DNA from: Octopus vulgaris
Taxonomy: Eukaryota
Assembly: GCA_951406725.2 (NCBI GenBank)
Contig: OX597829.1
Span: 54,126,001 to 54,190,000, forward strand
DNA: 64,000 nucleotides
Direction: 5' to 3'
Both the position numbers and the translations under genes were made by a program. Below the pieces are notes generated by a model. The model was given only the letters and a program-made list of their open reading frames with translations, was not told the origin of the DNA and searched no databases. Every line of letters starts with the position of its first letter. Within the stretch, counting starts at the first letter, position 1. Positions 1 to 12,006 of this stretch are shown in pieces.

Positions 1-162
1 CATTTTTATAGAAATTTCTCTAATGTCCAAAATTACTTTACTCGATATTATATATGCATTTGTGTGTGTGTACGTATGTATTTATGAATATATACGTATA
101 TGTGTGTGTGTGTAAATGTGTGTGTTTATATAGATATAAGTGTGTGTGTGTGTATATATATA

Positions 163-480
163 TCATCATTATCATCGTTTAACGTCCGTTCTCCATGCTA
201 GCATGGGTTGGACGGTTCGACCGGAGATCTGGGAAGCCAGAAGGCTGCACCAGGCTCCAGTCTTATCTGGCAATGTTTCTACAGCTGGATGCCCTTCCTA
301 ACGCCAACCACTCCGTGAGTGTAGTGGGTGCTTTTTACGTGCCACCTGCACAGGTGCCAGGTGAGGCTGGCAATGGCCACAGTCGGATTGGTGCATTTTA
401 CGTGCCACCGGCATGGAAGCCAGTCGAGACGGCACTGGCATCGGCCACGATTTGGATGGTGCTTTTTACGTGCCACCGGC
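163..480 (-). mobile_element. 3' end of RTE-type retroposon ((GAT)n-tailed family A), young copy
   Basis: (CAT)n followed by cgtttaacgtccg..ggatgcccttcctaacgccaaccactcc. Related copies at about 17836(+), 20892, 22311, 31560, 35086, 35333, 36488, 48426, 49487, 53970(+), 56517 and 58175. The same sequence terminates the RT-bearing copies at 22590-25108 and 60817-63170. Confidence 0.85.
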
Positions 481-903
481 GCTGTCCACTTTCCATGCTG
501 GTATGTGTTGGACGGTTTGACAGGGAACTAGTAGACTGCAAGGCTGTGTCGAGCTCCATTTTCTATGGCATGGTATCTACACTTGGATGCCCTTCCTAAT
601 GCCAACTACTTTACAGAGTATATTGGGTGCTTTTTCATGCCACTGGCACCAGTGTGGTTGCCATATAACTTGCAGGACTGAAAAGAGCCGAGAAATAGAA
701 GAACAAAAGGGAGCAAAAAATTCCCACTTCTAAGAAGTATTTGGGAGTGTGTGTGTGTGTGTGTGCATGAATTTATGTAAATATATGCATACATATATAT
801 GTGTCCTTGTGTGTGTGTGTGTATGTATGTATGGATGGATGGATCGATGGATGGACGGACAGACGGACGGACATTATATTTTAGTGTTAATGTTTCATTG
901 CAG

Positions 904-1067
904 GTTGCTATGATGGCTGCGTTTACGTATTACAAACAGCAACTGGTGACATAGTATGGACGTTTTCAACAAGTGACATTGTGAAAAGTTCACCCGTTGT
1001 CGACCCTGTGACCTCTTATGTTTGGTTTGGTTCCCACGACAGAAATATATACTCTCTTGATATTCAG
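904..1067 (+). CDS. AASDH: AASDH (beta-alanine-activating enzyme / ACSF4) internal exon, PQQ-like propeller
   Basis: ttgcag|GT..CAG|gtaaac boundaries. Translates (G)CYDGCVYVLQTATGDIVWTFSTSDIVKSSPVVDPVTSYVWFGSHDRNIYSLDIQ, matching the AASDH pattern GCYxGxVYVL..VKSS..GSHD as I recall it. Upstream exons lie outside the window. Confidence 0.9.
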
Positions 1068-1269
1068 GTAAACAAAACTCCAGGTGGATTCCTTATTGTT
1101 TAACACCATTATTTTGCATATTGATACATCAATACTGTTTTCATTGTGTGTACGCTTTTGCCTTAGGTGTTTCCTTGTTGTGTTGTGATTGTCAAGAAGA
1201 GGGAAGCTTGGTGAGAAAGAAGCAAACCACAGGTCTCGTATCCTGAATACTCATTCTTTAATCAAATGT

Positions 1270-1605
1270 ACAGAGTGTGATGGATAAATTGCCACCATTT
1301 TATATTTTTAATTTTGCACATGTGCATTGTTTTTGATTTTGTCAACTACACAGTATAGTAGGGTCTGTGGGGCACTGTCTGTGAGAAAAACAGCACCATG
1401 ATGCACTTCACTCTGCCACAAATTTGGAAACAACATGTATTGCTTGGCTTGCATGCCAGAAGATCTGATATGGATATTTCAGAGTGATTGGTGTCAATCT
1501 GAGGACACTGCATGTACTGAGAGTGATAAAAATCAAACATCCAGTCAACATCATGGTGTTTGGAGTGATCACTAGTGATGGCAACATTATACCTCCATCC
1601 ATTTT
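1270..1605 (+). mobile_element. maT (DD37D) Tc1/mariner element, left part, internally deleted
   Basis: TA|CAGAGTGTGATGGATAAATT terminus; KHPVNIMVFGVITSDG peptide; same family as the inverted copy at 10480-11301. Confidence 0.8.
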
Positions 1606-1789
1606 TACTTTTACACCAAATAAACAGCAACATGTTATATTAAAAGTGGGTGAAACAGGGTTGAATTAATGAGATACTGCTTGTAAAATTACAAAACCAG
1701 TTAATATAACCAAATATGCAACAAAACCCCAATATTCCAAGTGTAAACATTGATATATAAACCATAATATAAACCACAACCAATATGTA

Positions 1790-2688
1790 TCAGGTTGTCC
1801 CATAAATAATGCAGCTTTTTTTTATACTTCTTTTATTTTTTAAAATTAAGATAAATAAACTTCCTTTTTAATCTAAATTATACTCTCCATTTTCTATAAT
1901 GCTCTTCTCTGGTAGACTTACAAGACCCCTCTTCCAAAATTCACTTGTCCGTGACGAAAAACACTTCTCCAGTACTGTTCTGACTTCGTCTACAGAATTC
2001 ATATTTGTTCCATCCAAATGATTTTGAAAATTGCGGAAAAACTGATAATCAGATGGGGCAATGTCTGGTGAATATGGTGAGTGGGGCATCGTTTCCCATA
2101 CAAACTGATCCAGCTTTTGGAATGTCATCCTGTATGTGGCCCAGTATTATCCAGATGGAAGACCACCTTTTGTTTTGAAACCAAAGATGATCGTTTTTCT
2201 TCTGGTGCTGGTGTCGATGAATGGTTGAATGACCAAATCCAAGTTTCTCTGCTAGTTCCTCAACAGTTACAATAGGATTCTGTTCCACAAGGTCTGCAAG
2301 GTCTCCTTGTCAAGCTCTGCAGATCTTCTTTGATGAGGCTGGTCTTGTAGGCTGTAGTTTCCGGCTCGGAATTTCTGGAATCACCGTTGACACTGGCTTA
2401 CTCTTATTGTCCAATCCCCATATACTGTATCAATATTCCTCTCACTTTCCATTGTGTTGTTGTCTTTATTGAACTCATAAAGCAAAATATGCCGAATATG
2501 CTCCTTTGTCACTTCCATTATAGCTTTGAAAAATCGAACTGTATTCTTCAAAACTTATATTAAGAGTAAGAACAAGGTAAAATTACTACCTGCTTTCATG
2601 GCAAGTTGAAGCAGGTGGCTTATCTTGTCTCCCTCTGGCTTTTAGTTCAATGAATCGAAAAAACTGCATTATTTATGGGATGACCCAA
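1790..2688 (-). mobile_element. mariner transposon remnant with both TIRs, internally deleted
   Basis: TIRs tcaggttgtcccataaataatgcag / ctgcattatttatgggatgacccaa. N-terminal HTH MEVTKEHIRHILLYEF..FQKFRAG from 2518 and C-terminal PHSPYSPDIAPSDY motif; contains stops and frameshifts. Confidence 0.9.
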
Positions 2689-3104
2689 TGTATATAAACA
2701 AATAAAAAAAAAAAGAAGCTTCGTTTGCATGAATATACCTAAGTACCCAACCATAATTTACATTTCACAGAATATGAATTACAGAATCAAATGAATATTC
2801 AATACCTGAAGTATAACATATAGCAAGAAACAACCCCCCTCCCACCACCTCAATAACTGAATAATTAAACATGACCTCTGTGTGGTAGAACAGGATCATG
2901 AAACCAGTATGATCTCAAGCTGAAATTCCTGGCCTCCACATCAGACCATGGTCGATGGTGAGAACATGCTGAGGCCCTTGTCCTTCAGTGGACAGGTAAT
3001 AGGCAATCCTATTCATTGGTATTTTACTGCTGTTTCTTGGATTCTCTCTCTCTCTCTCATATGCACATACATACACACTGAATCACATATGTAGATTTAA
3101 GTGG

Positions 3105-4280
3105 TGTATCTTTTATCTTTTGCTTCTTTCAGTCATTAGGCTGTGGCCATGCTGGGGCACCACCTTGAAGAATATTTAGTCAAATGAATTGACCCCAGTA
3201 CTTACTGTTTTTTAAAAACCTGGTACTTATTTCATCAGTCTCTTTTGCCAAACTGCTAAGCTATGGAGATGTGAACATGCCAACACTGGTTGTCAAGTAG
3301 TGGTGGGGAACACACACACACAATGGGCTTCTTTCAGTTTCCATTTACCAAATCCACTCACAAGGCTTTTGCCAGCGTGAGGCTATAGTAGAAGACACAT
3401 GCCCAAGGTACCATGCAGTGGGACTGAACCCAGAACCATGTGGTTGAGAAGCAAGCTTCTTACTCCACAGCCATGCCTGCACCTATATGTATGCATATGT
3501 TTTTTTTAATATCAGTTGTTTAGTCCCAGGAAAATGTGAAGTTCATGACCATCACCATCTCTTAAGAGATTATATCTGTTGATAAGATAAAGGCTGTCAC
3601 CTGATTGTGAATGGGTCATTGCCAATTAACCAAGCGGTGTCCTTTTTCTTTATTATTATGCAGTAAGTTCTAGATACTGTAAGAAACAGTTTTTCATGAT
3701 GGAAGTCTTACTTGTGGAATTTAGAAGGTCAGCAACTAATTGGGATTGAAGTATTTTCTGACCCTGAAATGAAATTCTGGTGTAATTCTTGACAATGTTA
3801 TATGCATGATAGGACGCACATGAGAGATATTTTATCTTTTACTTGTTTCCATCATTAGACTGTGGCCATGCTGGGGCACCACCTTGAAGGGCTTTCAGTT
3901 AAAGGAATCTACACCTATACTTCATTTTCTTTTCTTTCTTTTTTTCTTTTCAAACCTAGTACTCATGTTATGTCTCTTTTGCTAAACCATTAAGTTACAA
4001 GGATTTAAACAAACCAACTACGGTTATCAAGCAATGACAGGGGTCAAATACACGTACAAAAACACACATATAAATGCATGCACATGCATGCATGCACACA
4101 CATACACGCATGCATATATATGATGAACCTCTTTCAGTTTCCATCTACCAAATCTACTCACAAGGCACTGGTCAAACCAAGGGTACGGTAGAAGACACTT
4201 GCCCAAGGTGCCATACAGTGGAACTGAACCTGGAATCATGTGGCTGGAAGTAAACTTCTTACCACAGAGCCACACCTAGG
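3105..4280 (-). mobile_element. Two diverged copies of tRNA-derived SINE family B (about 3105-3486 and 3830-4280)
   Basis: Match the intact copy at 13151-13556 (ggttcagtcccact..ttgggcaagtgtcttc..cagcatggcc). Confidence 0.8.
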
Positions 4281-4399
4281 TCTACATGATAATCAGAAAC
4301 TTTTAGCAAGTTGAAAATTTTTTACTTTTTGCTGTTTATTTGATGTAAAGGTGAAGAATTGCAAGACTTTCCTTTATACTGTAAGTATCATTGCCTTGG

Positions 4400-5100
4400 T
4401 ATTGTTGCTCAAGACTATTGGTTATCATATCCACATTGAGGATGTTTTGAAGGTGATAAGTCATAAAAACAGTATACGTCTGATGTGGTTTTGTGGGCTG
4501 TGTTGATAAAGACTGTGTGTAGCATGTTAACGGGGACAGACAGTTGGTTATAATTTGCATAACTGTATGCACATATGATTAGGAATAACGGTGAGGAGGT
4601 TGGTATTGAACGAGCGGAAGAGGAGAGGGTAGAAGACACAAGCTTAATAAAATGCAGATCAAAACAGCCATGTCAGCACATACTACAATGGAGTTATCAC
4701 ATACGAAATTTTTCAAATTTCCAATGCAATATTCATGAGTTTAAGGAACCAGAAGAATTTTACATAGTGCTGGTTCTAAAGAAATGGTACTGTTGCCATT
4801 GAAAGACCCATTGTTTAGGACTGTTTTACCTTTGGTAGCATGGTGATTAATAAAAGTAATAAACACTATCATGACCACCTGTTGATAGTTTTAGATTTTT
4901 TTCATTGGGGAAGGTAAACTTAGAAACAGAGATTTCAAGAGATGTTTGTTGAGGTTGCACTCCATAGAATTGGAAACAAAATAAACATCAAATAGGATAT
5001 TTCATCTGCAGGTTAGGTAATTTGTGGAAATGGTGGAAGTGGGTAGATTCTGTTATTTGAGAGGTCTGAGAGCTTAGAGGTAATGTAATTCATGAAAACA
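4400..5100 (-). mobile_element. Possible very decayed Penelope-like RT remnant
   Basis: Faint minus-strand peptide traces resembling FYGxPKxHK..P(L/M)RPI, GxxMG and TxVYRKPTxxxxY. Weak support. Confidence 0.25.
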
Positions 5101-5336
5101 TTCTTTACTGTCCTAATGAATGTGATGGGTTGCAAAACAAGATGAAAATCTTTGTTATTAACATCCTCGTGGGAGAACTTAGTGATTGGGAAGGCAGGTT
5201 CAGAATGAAGTTGGAATATAACATACCTAAGAATGGACAGTTGATAAAGAATAGAGCTATGGTTTAAGGGATTTAGAACTTAAATGGAATAAGTGGCATT
5301 AGTTGCTTTGACTGTTATATGGCATTAGGTATTTGT

Positions 5337-5553
5337 TTAACCCTTTCAATACCAACCAGGCTGAAAATGCCTCTGGCTCTGTAGTACAAATGCCTCATTT
5401 TCAAAAGTTCCAAATTAAACCAATCCTTGGTCACAGTTTATGTTCGTAACACTAGCTTAATGATAACTAAGATATTTTACTAAATTCTTTTAAATTCTGT
5501 TATATTTAAAATTAATTGAAAGAAACACAGAAATATGGTAACAAAAGGATTAA
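5337..5553 (+). mobile_element. TTAA piggyBac-type MITE family E
   Basis: TTAACCCTTTC..GGTAACAAAAG(G)(A/G)TTAA ends; other copies at 8168-8396 (inverted), 40750-40940, 50237-50468 and a decayed copy near 52455. Confidence 0.75.
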
Positions 5554-6042
5554 AAGACTTAGTTTAAACTCACTGCCCATGACTTCATATGCTGATGGCA
5601 AGAAACTGAAAGTCTTCAAAGAAGAAACCCCACTCATGCCCTTAATTTCTCACACTTTAAGGGGGGTCAGGCTATATCCAGGTTTTGACCCCTGGGTGCC
5701 CTTCTGCTGACACATTTTAGCCACTTGGATATCAGAGATTTACACTTTTCACTTCAATATTCTCCAGTTTATTGTATGGGACACAGTTGGGTAGTCTGGG
5801 AATGTTGAATATTCTCCATGGTCCAGTCTGATTCTGTCTGCTGCAGGTTCTGTGTTAGCAAAAGGTGGTGGTAGTTTCATTGAGGAACTGAAATGTACAG
5901 ATATTAAGCATAGGGGTGGGAGAATTGTAAAACAGATTATGTTTAAAACTTGTGTGTTTGTGTGTATATGTATGCATATGTGTGTGTTTGTGTATGTTTA
6001 TAGAACTTGAACTTGTGTGAATAAATATTTTGTGTCTGTCCA

Positions 6043-6071
<29 letters not shown>

Positions 6072-6080
<9 letters not shown>

Positions 6081-6440
6081 ATAAAAGATTGTGGGTAAGG
6101 CCAAAACAATGCAAAGTAAATGCAAGGTAAATCACAAGAAAACAAATATATGAATTAATGTAGACTTATCTTGTATTCAATATTTCGGGGTTATGATCCC
6201 ATTTTCAAGAAATTAAGGAATGTTGCCGATGTGCATGTGTGTGAGTACGTGTAAAGTGGCATGTCCATTCCACACATGTACATCGGCAAGATTCATCAAT
6301 TTCTTGAAAATGGGGTCATAATCCTGAAATATTGAATACAAGGTAAGTCTAGATTAATTGACATATCTGTTTTCTTGTGATTTTCCTTGCATTCACTTCA
6401 CATTGTTTTGGCCTCACCCATGATCCTTTATACAATATAT
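6072..6440. mobile_element. Long fold-back (about 170-bp arms) next to (TA)n, Penelope-like pLTR remnant
   Basis: Arms about 6072-6241 and 6271-6440 are reverse complements (about 20 mismatches by hand count). Each carries a TTGAAAA-T-GGG..CCC-GAAATATT hammerhead-like core. Confidence 0.7.
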
Positions 6441-6999
6441 TCTACACAGTGCTTCATAGTAATTACTCCATACATATTATGTTGTTGTTTCTGTTATTAT
6501 TAAACAACCTTGGTTTACTTTGATTGAACTGGTTAGTTGAATACTTGAAGATAGCCTTGATATGTCATGCACCTGTCTGGTCTGAAATGATGCTGCATTG
6601 TGTCACGCTGGTAGGGTCAGTATATATACATTGCAAAATTAGGACAGATATAACAATAATATTTGCTCTACAAAATCATACCTTTCTATGTGTTGAATGT
6701 CATTATCAGAAACAGCATTCTTTGCTCATACCCTGACCTAAACAGCTATCAACATCCAACTTGATGAAGCAAAATAGGTTTCATTTATTCTAATCATATT
6801 ATACTGTGTATGATATTAAAAAGAAACATAATACTACAATGTTGAATGGCTGAAAATTAATTTCAAATGGGTAAAAATTCATAAAAAAGTATGCCAGAGT
6901 GACTCTAAGTAGAGCAAAATATTATTATGTAGGTCATTACATTGTTACAGTTAACTGACCAAATTGTTAACAGTTAGCAATGAGATATCAAAATAACCA

Positions 7000-7700
7000 C
7001 ATGGTTGATAGTACAATATTACCATATTTACCTGGTTTATAGAACAGAAGCACTGTCTATATCTAGTCAGAATAACACATTCATATTCAGCTGGTTGATA
7101 GAATATTTTTCTGATTAACAGAACAGCATTATCATATTTTACTATATTTATGTGGCTGATAGAACATCATCATCATATTCAGTTGCCCTATATTTACCTG
7201 GTTGATAGAACAGTTGTACTATGTCTATCTCGCTGATAGAACAGCTGCTTTATATTACATTTGGTTGATGAATAACAACACCATATTGAGAGAACAGTAC
7301 TATCATATTTTCTTGATTCATAGAACAACTGTGCTACATTTATGTAGTTGATAGAACAGCTGTGCAATATTTACCTGGCTGATAGGACAACTGTGTTATA
7401 CTTATTTGCCTGATAGAACAGCTGTTCTATATTTACCTGGCTGATAGAATAGCTGTACTATATTTTATCTGGTTGATAGAACAGTTGTGTTATATGTATC
7501 TGATAGAACAGCTATACTGTATGTGAGTGATAGAACAGCTGTACTATATTTTAGCTGGTTGATAGAACAGCAGCACTAGATCTTTGTGACTGATAGAACA
7601 GTTCTGCTATATTTTATCTGATTGATGAACAACAGTACTAAACTGAAAGAGCAGTACTATTATATTTATTTGGTTCATAAAATAACTGTACTATATTTTA
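7000..7700. repeat. Degenerate minisatellite, unit about 31 bp
   Basis: Recurrent gttgatagaacagctgtactatatttacctg, roughly 20 diverged units. Confidence 0.85.
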
Positions 7701-7755
7701 ACATCTACTATTTCTAAAAAAATTTTTTAAACTCATATTTTGTATTTAATTTTAG

Positions 7756-7881
7756 AAGAAAGTCTGCATTTTGAAACGAAACTTACAAAGTGGGGGTATA
7801 GTTTCATCCCCAACCATTTCTCTTAATCCTCATCTTGTATTCGTATCAACTCTGGATGGATGTCTTTTTGCCTTAAACCCA
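7756..7881 (+). CDS. AASDH: AASDH internal exon (126 nt, phase 0-0)
   Basis: ttttag|AAG..CCA|gtaagt; KKVCILKRNLQSGGIVSSPTISLNPHLVFVSTLDGCLFALNP, in frame with neighbouring exons. Confidence 0.9.
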
Positions 7882-9307
7882 GTAAGTTTGTTTTATTTGA
7901 TTTCCCTGTTTACTACTAAAAGAAAAGAAGAAAAGAAAAAGTGTTTAGCCATGCTTTATCACGATGATGATAAGAATGTCAGCTGATTTGAAGTATTGCT
8001 GTGATAGTTGTTATATTATTGTACAGATTTCAAATTCAAGGCATTATACAGCTTGTTGCTATGTCTATGTAGGTCACTATAGGCTTAGAAATTACGAAAA
8101 TGTCCAGATTGGTTGCTCACTACAAATTCATTCAAATTTGCTAACTAAAACTTGCAGAAATAGATTTTTAACCCTTTCGTTACTGTATTTCTGTTGAGAT
8201 GCTCTGTGTATCTTCCAATTACTTTAAATATAACAAAGAATTTAGTAAAATAACTTTGCTATCATTCATCTAGTGTAAGGAACATAAATTGTGACTATGG
8301 TTTGGTGGAAGATTTTAATTCAGAACTAATGAAAACAAGACATTTGCATTCAAAGCCAGAGTCAGTTTCAGCCAGGTTGGTAACAAAAGGGTTAACTAAA
8401 TAAAAACATTGTCTTTGAAATTTATATATATAAATATCATCATCATCATCATCATTTATTACCCATTTTCCATGCAGGCATGGGTTGGATAGCTTGACAG
8501 GATCTGGCAAGCCAGAAGATTTTATGAAGTTCCACTGCCTATTATGTGTGTGTGTGTGTGTGTGTGTTAAAAGCATCATTTAAATATTGAGTTCTTTGTT
8601 TTGCTAGTGTTATATTTCTTAGAATAGCACCTATTAATATTTTTGTAAATTTTTGAAACATGCAAATGGAGTTAATTAATTGTCTCTATTAGAATATGAA
8701 GACAAATTGAAAAGTGATAGGTATCAGATATCTCAACCGGCACTTAGAGTTCGTATTGCTGTTGTAATAATATAATAATATACGAATACAGCAGTAACTG
8801 AATTCTTCATGCATCACATGCTCATAGAGTTATTTCTCTTGCATTGTTTAGACGTCTGTGTGTCTCTGTGTTATGTAATAATCCTACTTTATGACATGTC
8901 TTCTATTATTCATTTGCATTTACATCATCATTTAAAAAATTGTGTGTGCTCTGATTTGTGCCATCAAATTCTTGGTTGTGGAGGAGATGTTAGACATGTA
9001 AACGAAAATAAGAAACAAAATAAAAAAACAATTTCAATATAGATCTCATACAGTAGCTTACATATGAATAACAACTATGTAATTGTATATAGGCATACCT
9101 ACACAGGTGCAACCACTGGCTAAGTGATATCAAAGGAATTACCAGGAGTGATTTGTGTATATGATAATACACTGATGAATGGACTGGATAAATAATTTAA
9201 TGAAATTATTATTTATCTCCTCTATAATATGACACCTGTTCTTGTCCATGTATAATTCTTTATCCTGTCAGTACCTGGTATAAAACCATCCCCTTCCTTA
9301 CACCCCC

Positions 9308-9308
<1 letters not shown>

Positions 9309-9360
<52 letters not shown>
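9309..9360. repeat. (CA)n microsatellite
   Basis: Perfect AC run. Confidence 0.95.
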
Positions 9361-9362
<2 letters not shown>

Positions 9363-9727
9363 AATTTTGGGGGCTTTTATCTCTCCTGTTCTTTTTCTGT
9401 CTTGCAACTTACTTCAGCAACCTCACTAGTGCTGGTGGCACAACAAAAATAATAATGCACCCAGTGCACTCTCTGAAGGGGTAAGCATTAGGAAAGGCAT
9501 TCATCCATGAATCATTCACCAATAATCTGCCAAAGCAAATTATTGGAGCATGAAGCAGGTCTGCTGCTTACCAGAGCCTGTCAAACTGTCCAACCCATAT
9601 CAACATAGAAAACGGATGTTAAATGATGATGACAATGAAAGCAACAACAACAACAATGATGAATTTAGATTACAGATACCGAACTATACATAAATGATTT
9701 AATTTCATTGCATTTTCTCTCTTTTAG

Positions 9728-9859
9728 TTTGATGGTGCCATCCAATGGCAATATACCTTCCACAAACCTCTGTTTACTACCCCATGTCTAACCAGCAAAG
9801 GAATCTTGATTGGCTGTGTTAACGAAAGTTTATATCACATAAATAACGAAGGCTCTTTG
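9728..9859 (+). CDS. AASDH: AASDH internal exon (132 nt, phase 0-0)
   Basis: ttttag|TTT..TTG|gtaagg; FDGAIQWQYTFHKPLFTTPCLTSKGILIGCVNESLYHINNEGSL. Confidence 0.9.
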
Positions 9860-10479
9860 GTAAGGATTATTGTTTTTATGTTTCAACAGACACTTTTATA
9901 AATGTCGTAATTAAATAGGTTGGACAAGAAGTTATTGTGACCTGATCGTCATTTCATTAAACACTGCCAACAGTTAATCCTAACTATACAAATACAATGC
10001 TGCTTACCTCAGTCAATCTGTTTGAATTAGATACACTCTCCAGCTTAACTTAGTAAACTTAGCTATAAAACAAGCACAACTTGCATGAAACAATTCAATA
10101 ATTGATATTGTAAAAGAATAAGGTATACCTCAATTTATGTCACTTTGAGCTACATTTTTTTAATGTTTTACTTTGTGTTCTTAAAGAAATTAATGGGAAA
10201 AAAATAAATTTTGACTTTAGTTGATGTGTCCAATTTTATGTCAGTCTCAATAAACATATTTAAAAGCATAATATTAAAAACCCCACCTAAAAACCAACAC
10301 TGGTGTGGAAAATCAAATAAAATACATGTGAATATATGTACAAATCATTTATTAAAACAGATGTAAGCTGTTTTAAAAGTTTTTTTTTTCATGTTATGTT
10401 GTTTCCAAGTTAAGTTGCATGTCTTGGGACTAATTACTGGTATAAGTTGAGATATGGGTTCAAAAATATATGCTTCAAC

Positions 10480-11301
10480 AAATGAAAATAACACTAATAT
10501 CTCATTTTAACAGATATATTTACCAAAATTACTTAAAATATCTTGAAATACTAAACAATAAATTTATTCAATAAAATCGCCATTGGCTTTAACCATGGCC
10601 TCCAGACAACTTCAGAATCTCCTGCAACTCTTCTGGACAGTCTCCTTGTTTAAGTTGGTGAATGCTGCCATAATTCTTGCCTTCAGTTCATCTTTGATGT
10701 TACAAGGAGTTTTGTTGGTCTCTCGCTCAACTGTGCTCCACACATAATAATCAAAGAGGTTGCAATCTGGGGAGTTAGGTGGCCAGATGTTAGGGGTGAT
10801 GTGGTTGTAGAAATTGTCTGACAGCCATGACTGGGTTCTCCTGCTTGTGTGGCATGGTGCAGAGTCCTGCAGCCAGACATAAAGGTCTTCCTCTTGACCC
10901 AGGCCAGCACTACTTCCTCCAAGCACTTGATGTAGGCCTCCATGTTGAGTTTGAGGCTGTGTATGAAGATGAATGGAGGCTTAGCATTACCATCACTAGC
11001 GACCACTCGAAACACCATGATATTGACTGGATGCTTGATTTTTATCACTCTCAGTACATGTCCTCAGATTGACACCCAAACACTCTGAAATGTTCATATT
11101 GGAGCTTCTTGTGCGAATGCCAAGAAGTACAGAATGTTGTTTCCAAATTTCTGGCAGAGTGAATTGTGTCATGGTGTTGTTTTTTTATCTTACAGACAGT
11201 GCCCAACTGACCCTACTATACTATGTAGTCGACAAAATCCAAAACAAACAATGTGTGAACTTAAAAATATAAAGTAGTAACAATTTACCCATCACACTCT
11301 G
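10480..11301 (-). mobile_element. maT (DD37D) transposon remnant
   Basis: YVWLQD-SAPCHTSRRTQSWLSDNFYNHITPNIWPPNSPDCNLF-DYYVW has 37 residues between the last two Asp; terminus ..cccatcacactctg|TA; frameshifted. The second TIR was not found. Confidence 0.85.
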
Positions 11302-11312
11302 TATATATATAT

Positions 11313-11546
11313 AATAATATTAAGGAATGGCCTTAATAGGCCATTCAACTCACTAAAACGAGCAGCCAAACTCAAACCGCTAAAAAGTAGTAATTCAGAA
11401 ATCAAAGGAAAATTAAAAACATTTACCCTAAACATTTAATTTTAATTTTCCTTTGATTTCTGAATTACTACTATTTAGCAGTTTGAGTTTAGCTGGTCGT
11501 TTTAGTGAGTTGAATGGCCTATTAAGGCCATTCCTTAATATTATTG
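11313..11546. repeat. Near-perfect inverted repeat (about 105-bp arms) between (TA)n tracts
   Basis: aataatattaaggaatggcc..ggaaaattaaaa / ttttaattttcc..ggccattccttaatattatt, 4 mismatches by hand count, loop about 20 nt. Confidence 0.9.
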
Positions 11547-11683
11547 TTGAATGTACATTATATAGTCTGTTGACTATATTTTCTTTCTCACTAGACCACT
11601 GGTGCCGAAAAAATTTCTATTGAATTTTTTGCTACCCTTATATTGATATATATATATATATAATATATAAACTGTACACTTTG

Positions 11684-11720
<37 letters not shown>

Positions 11721-11761
11721 TTAGGATTTATTCCCTAATATTTATTATATATATATATATA

Positions 11762-12006
11762 CAGGGTTGGCCAAAAGTCACCTGACAGTGAATCACAATT
11801 CCATAAATACTTAATATTCAATTTTATTTATTCATTCCAATTAAAACGTTTAATAATTAAATGTTGTGAGTTCAAATCACTGGGTTTTTTTTGTTTCAAC
11901 ATTTGTCTATTCATTAGCAAAGTCTCATATAAAAAATAATTTTTTGGTTTTAATCTTGGAATTCAACAGCTTTGATTTACTGTCAGGTGACTTTTGGCCA
12001 ACATTG
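11762..12006. mobile_element. Tc1/mariner-type MITE
   Basis: TA|CAGGGTTGGCCAAAAGTCACCTGACAGT ... ACTGTCAGGTGACTTTTGGCCAACATTG|TA. Confidence 0.88.

Noticed and set aside
195-599. Recurrent ORFs containing FLQLDALPNANH
   Set aside because: Antisense translation of the non-coding 3' end of the RTE family; frames are not conserved between copies
7753-7758. NAGNAG tandem acceptor (TAG AAG) in AASDH
   Set aside because: Common; would change a single Lys, and the proximal TAG is favoured
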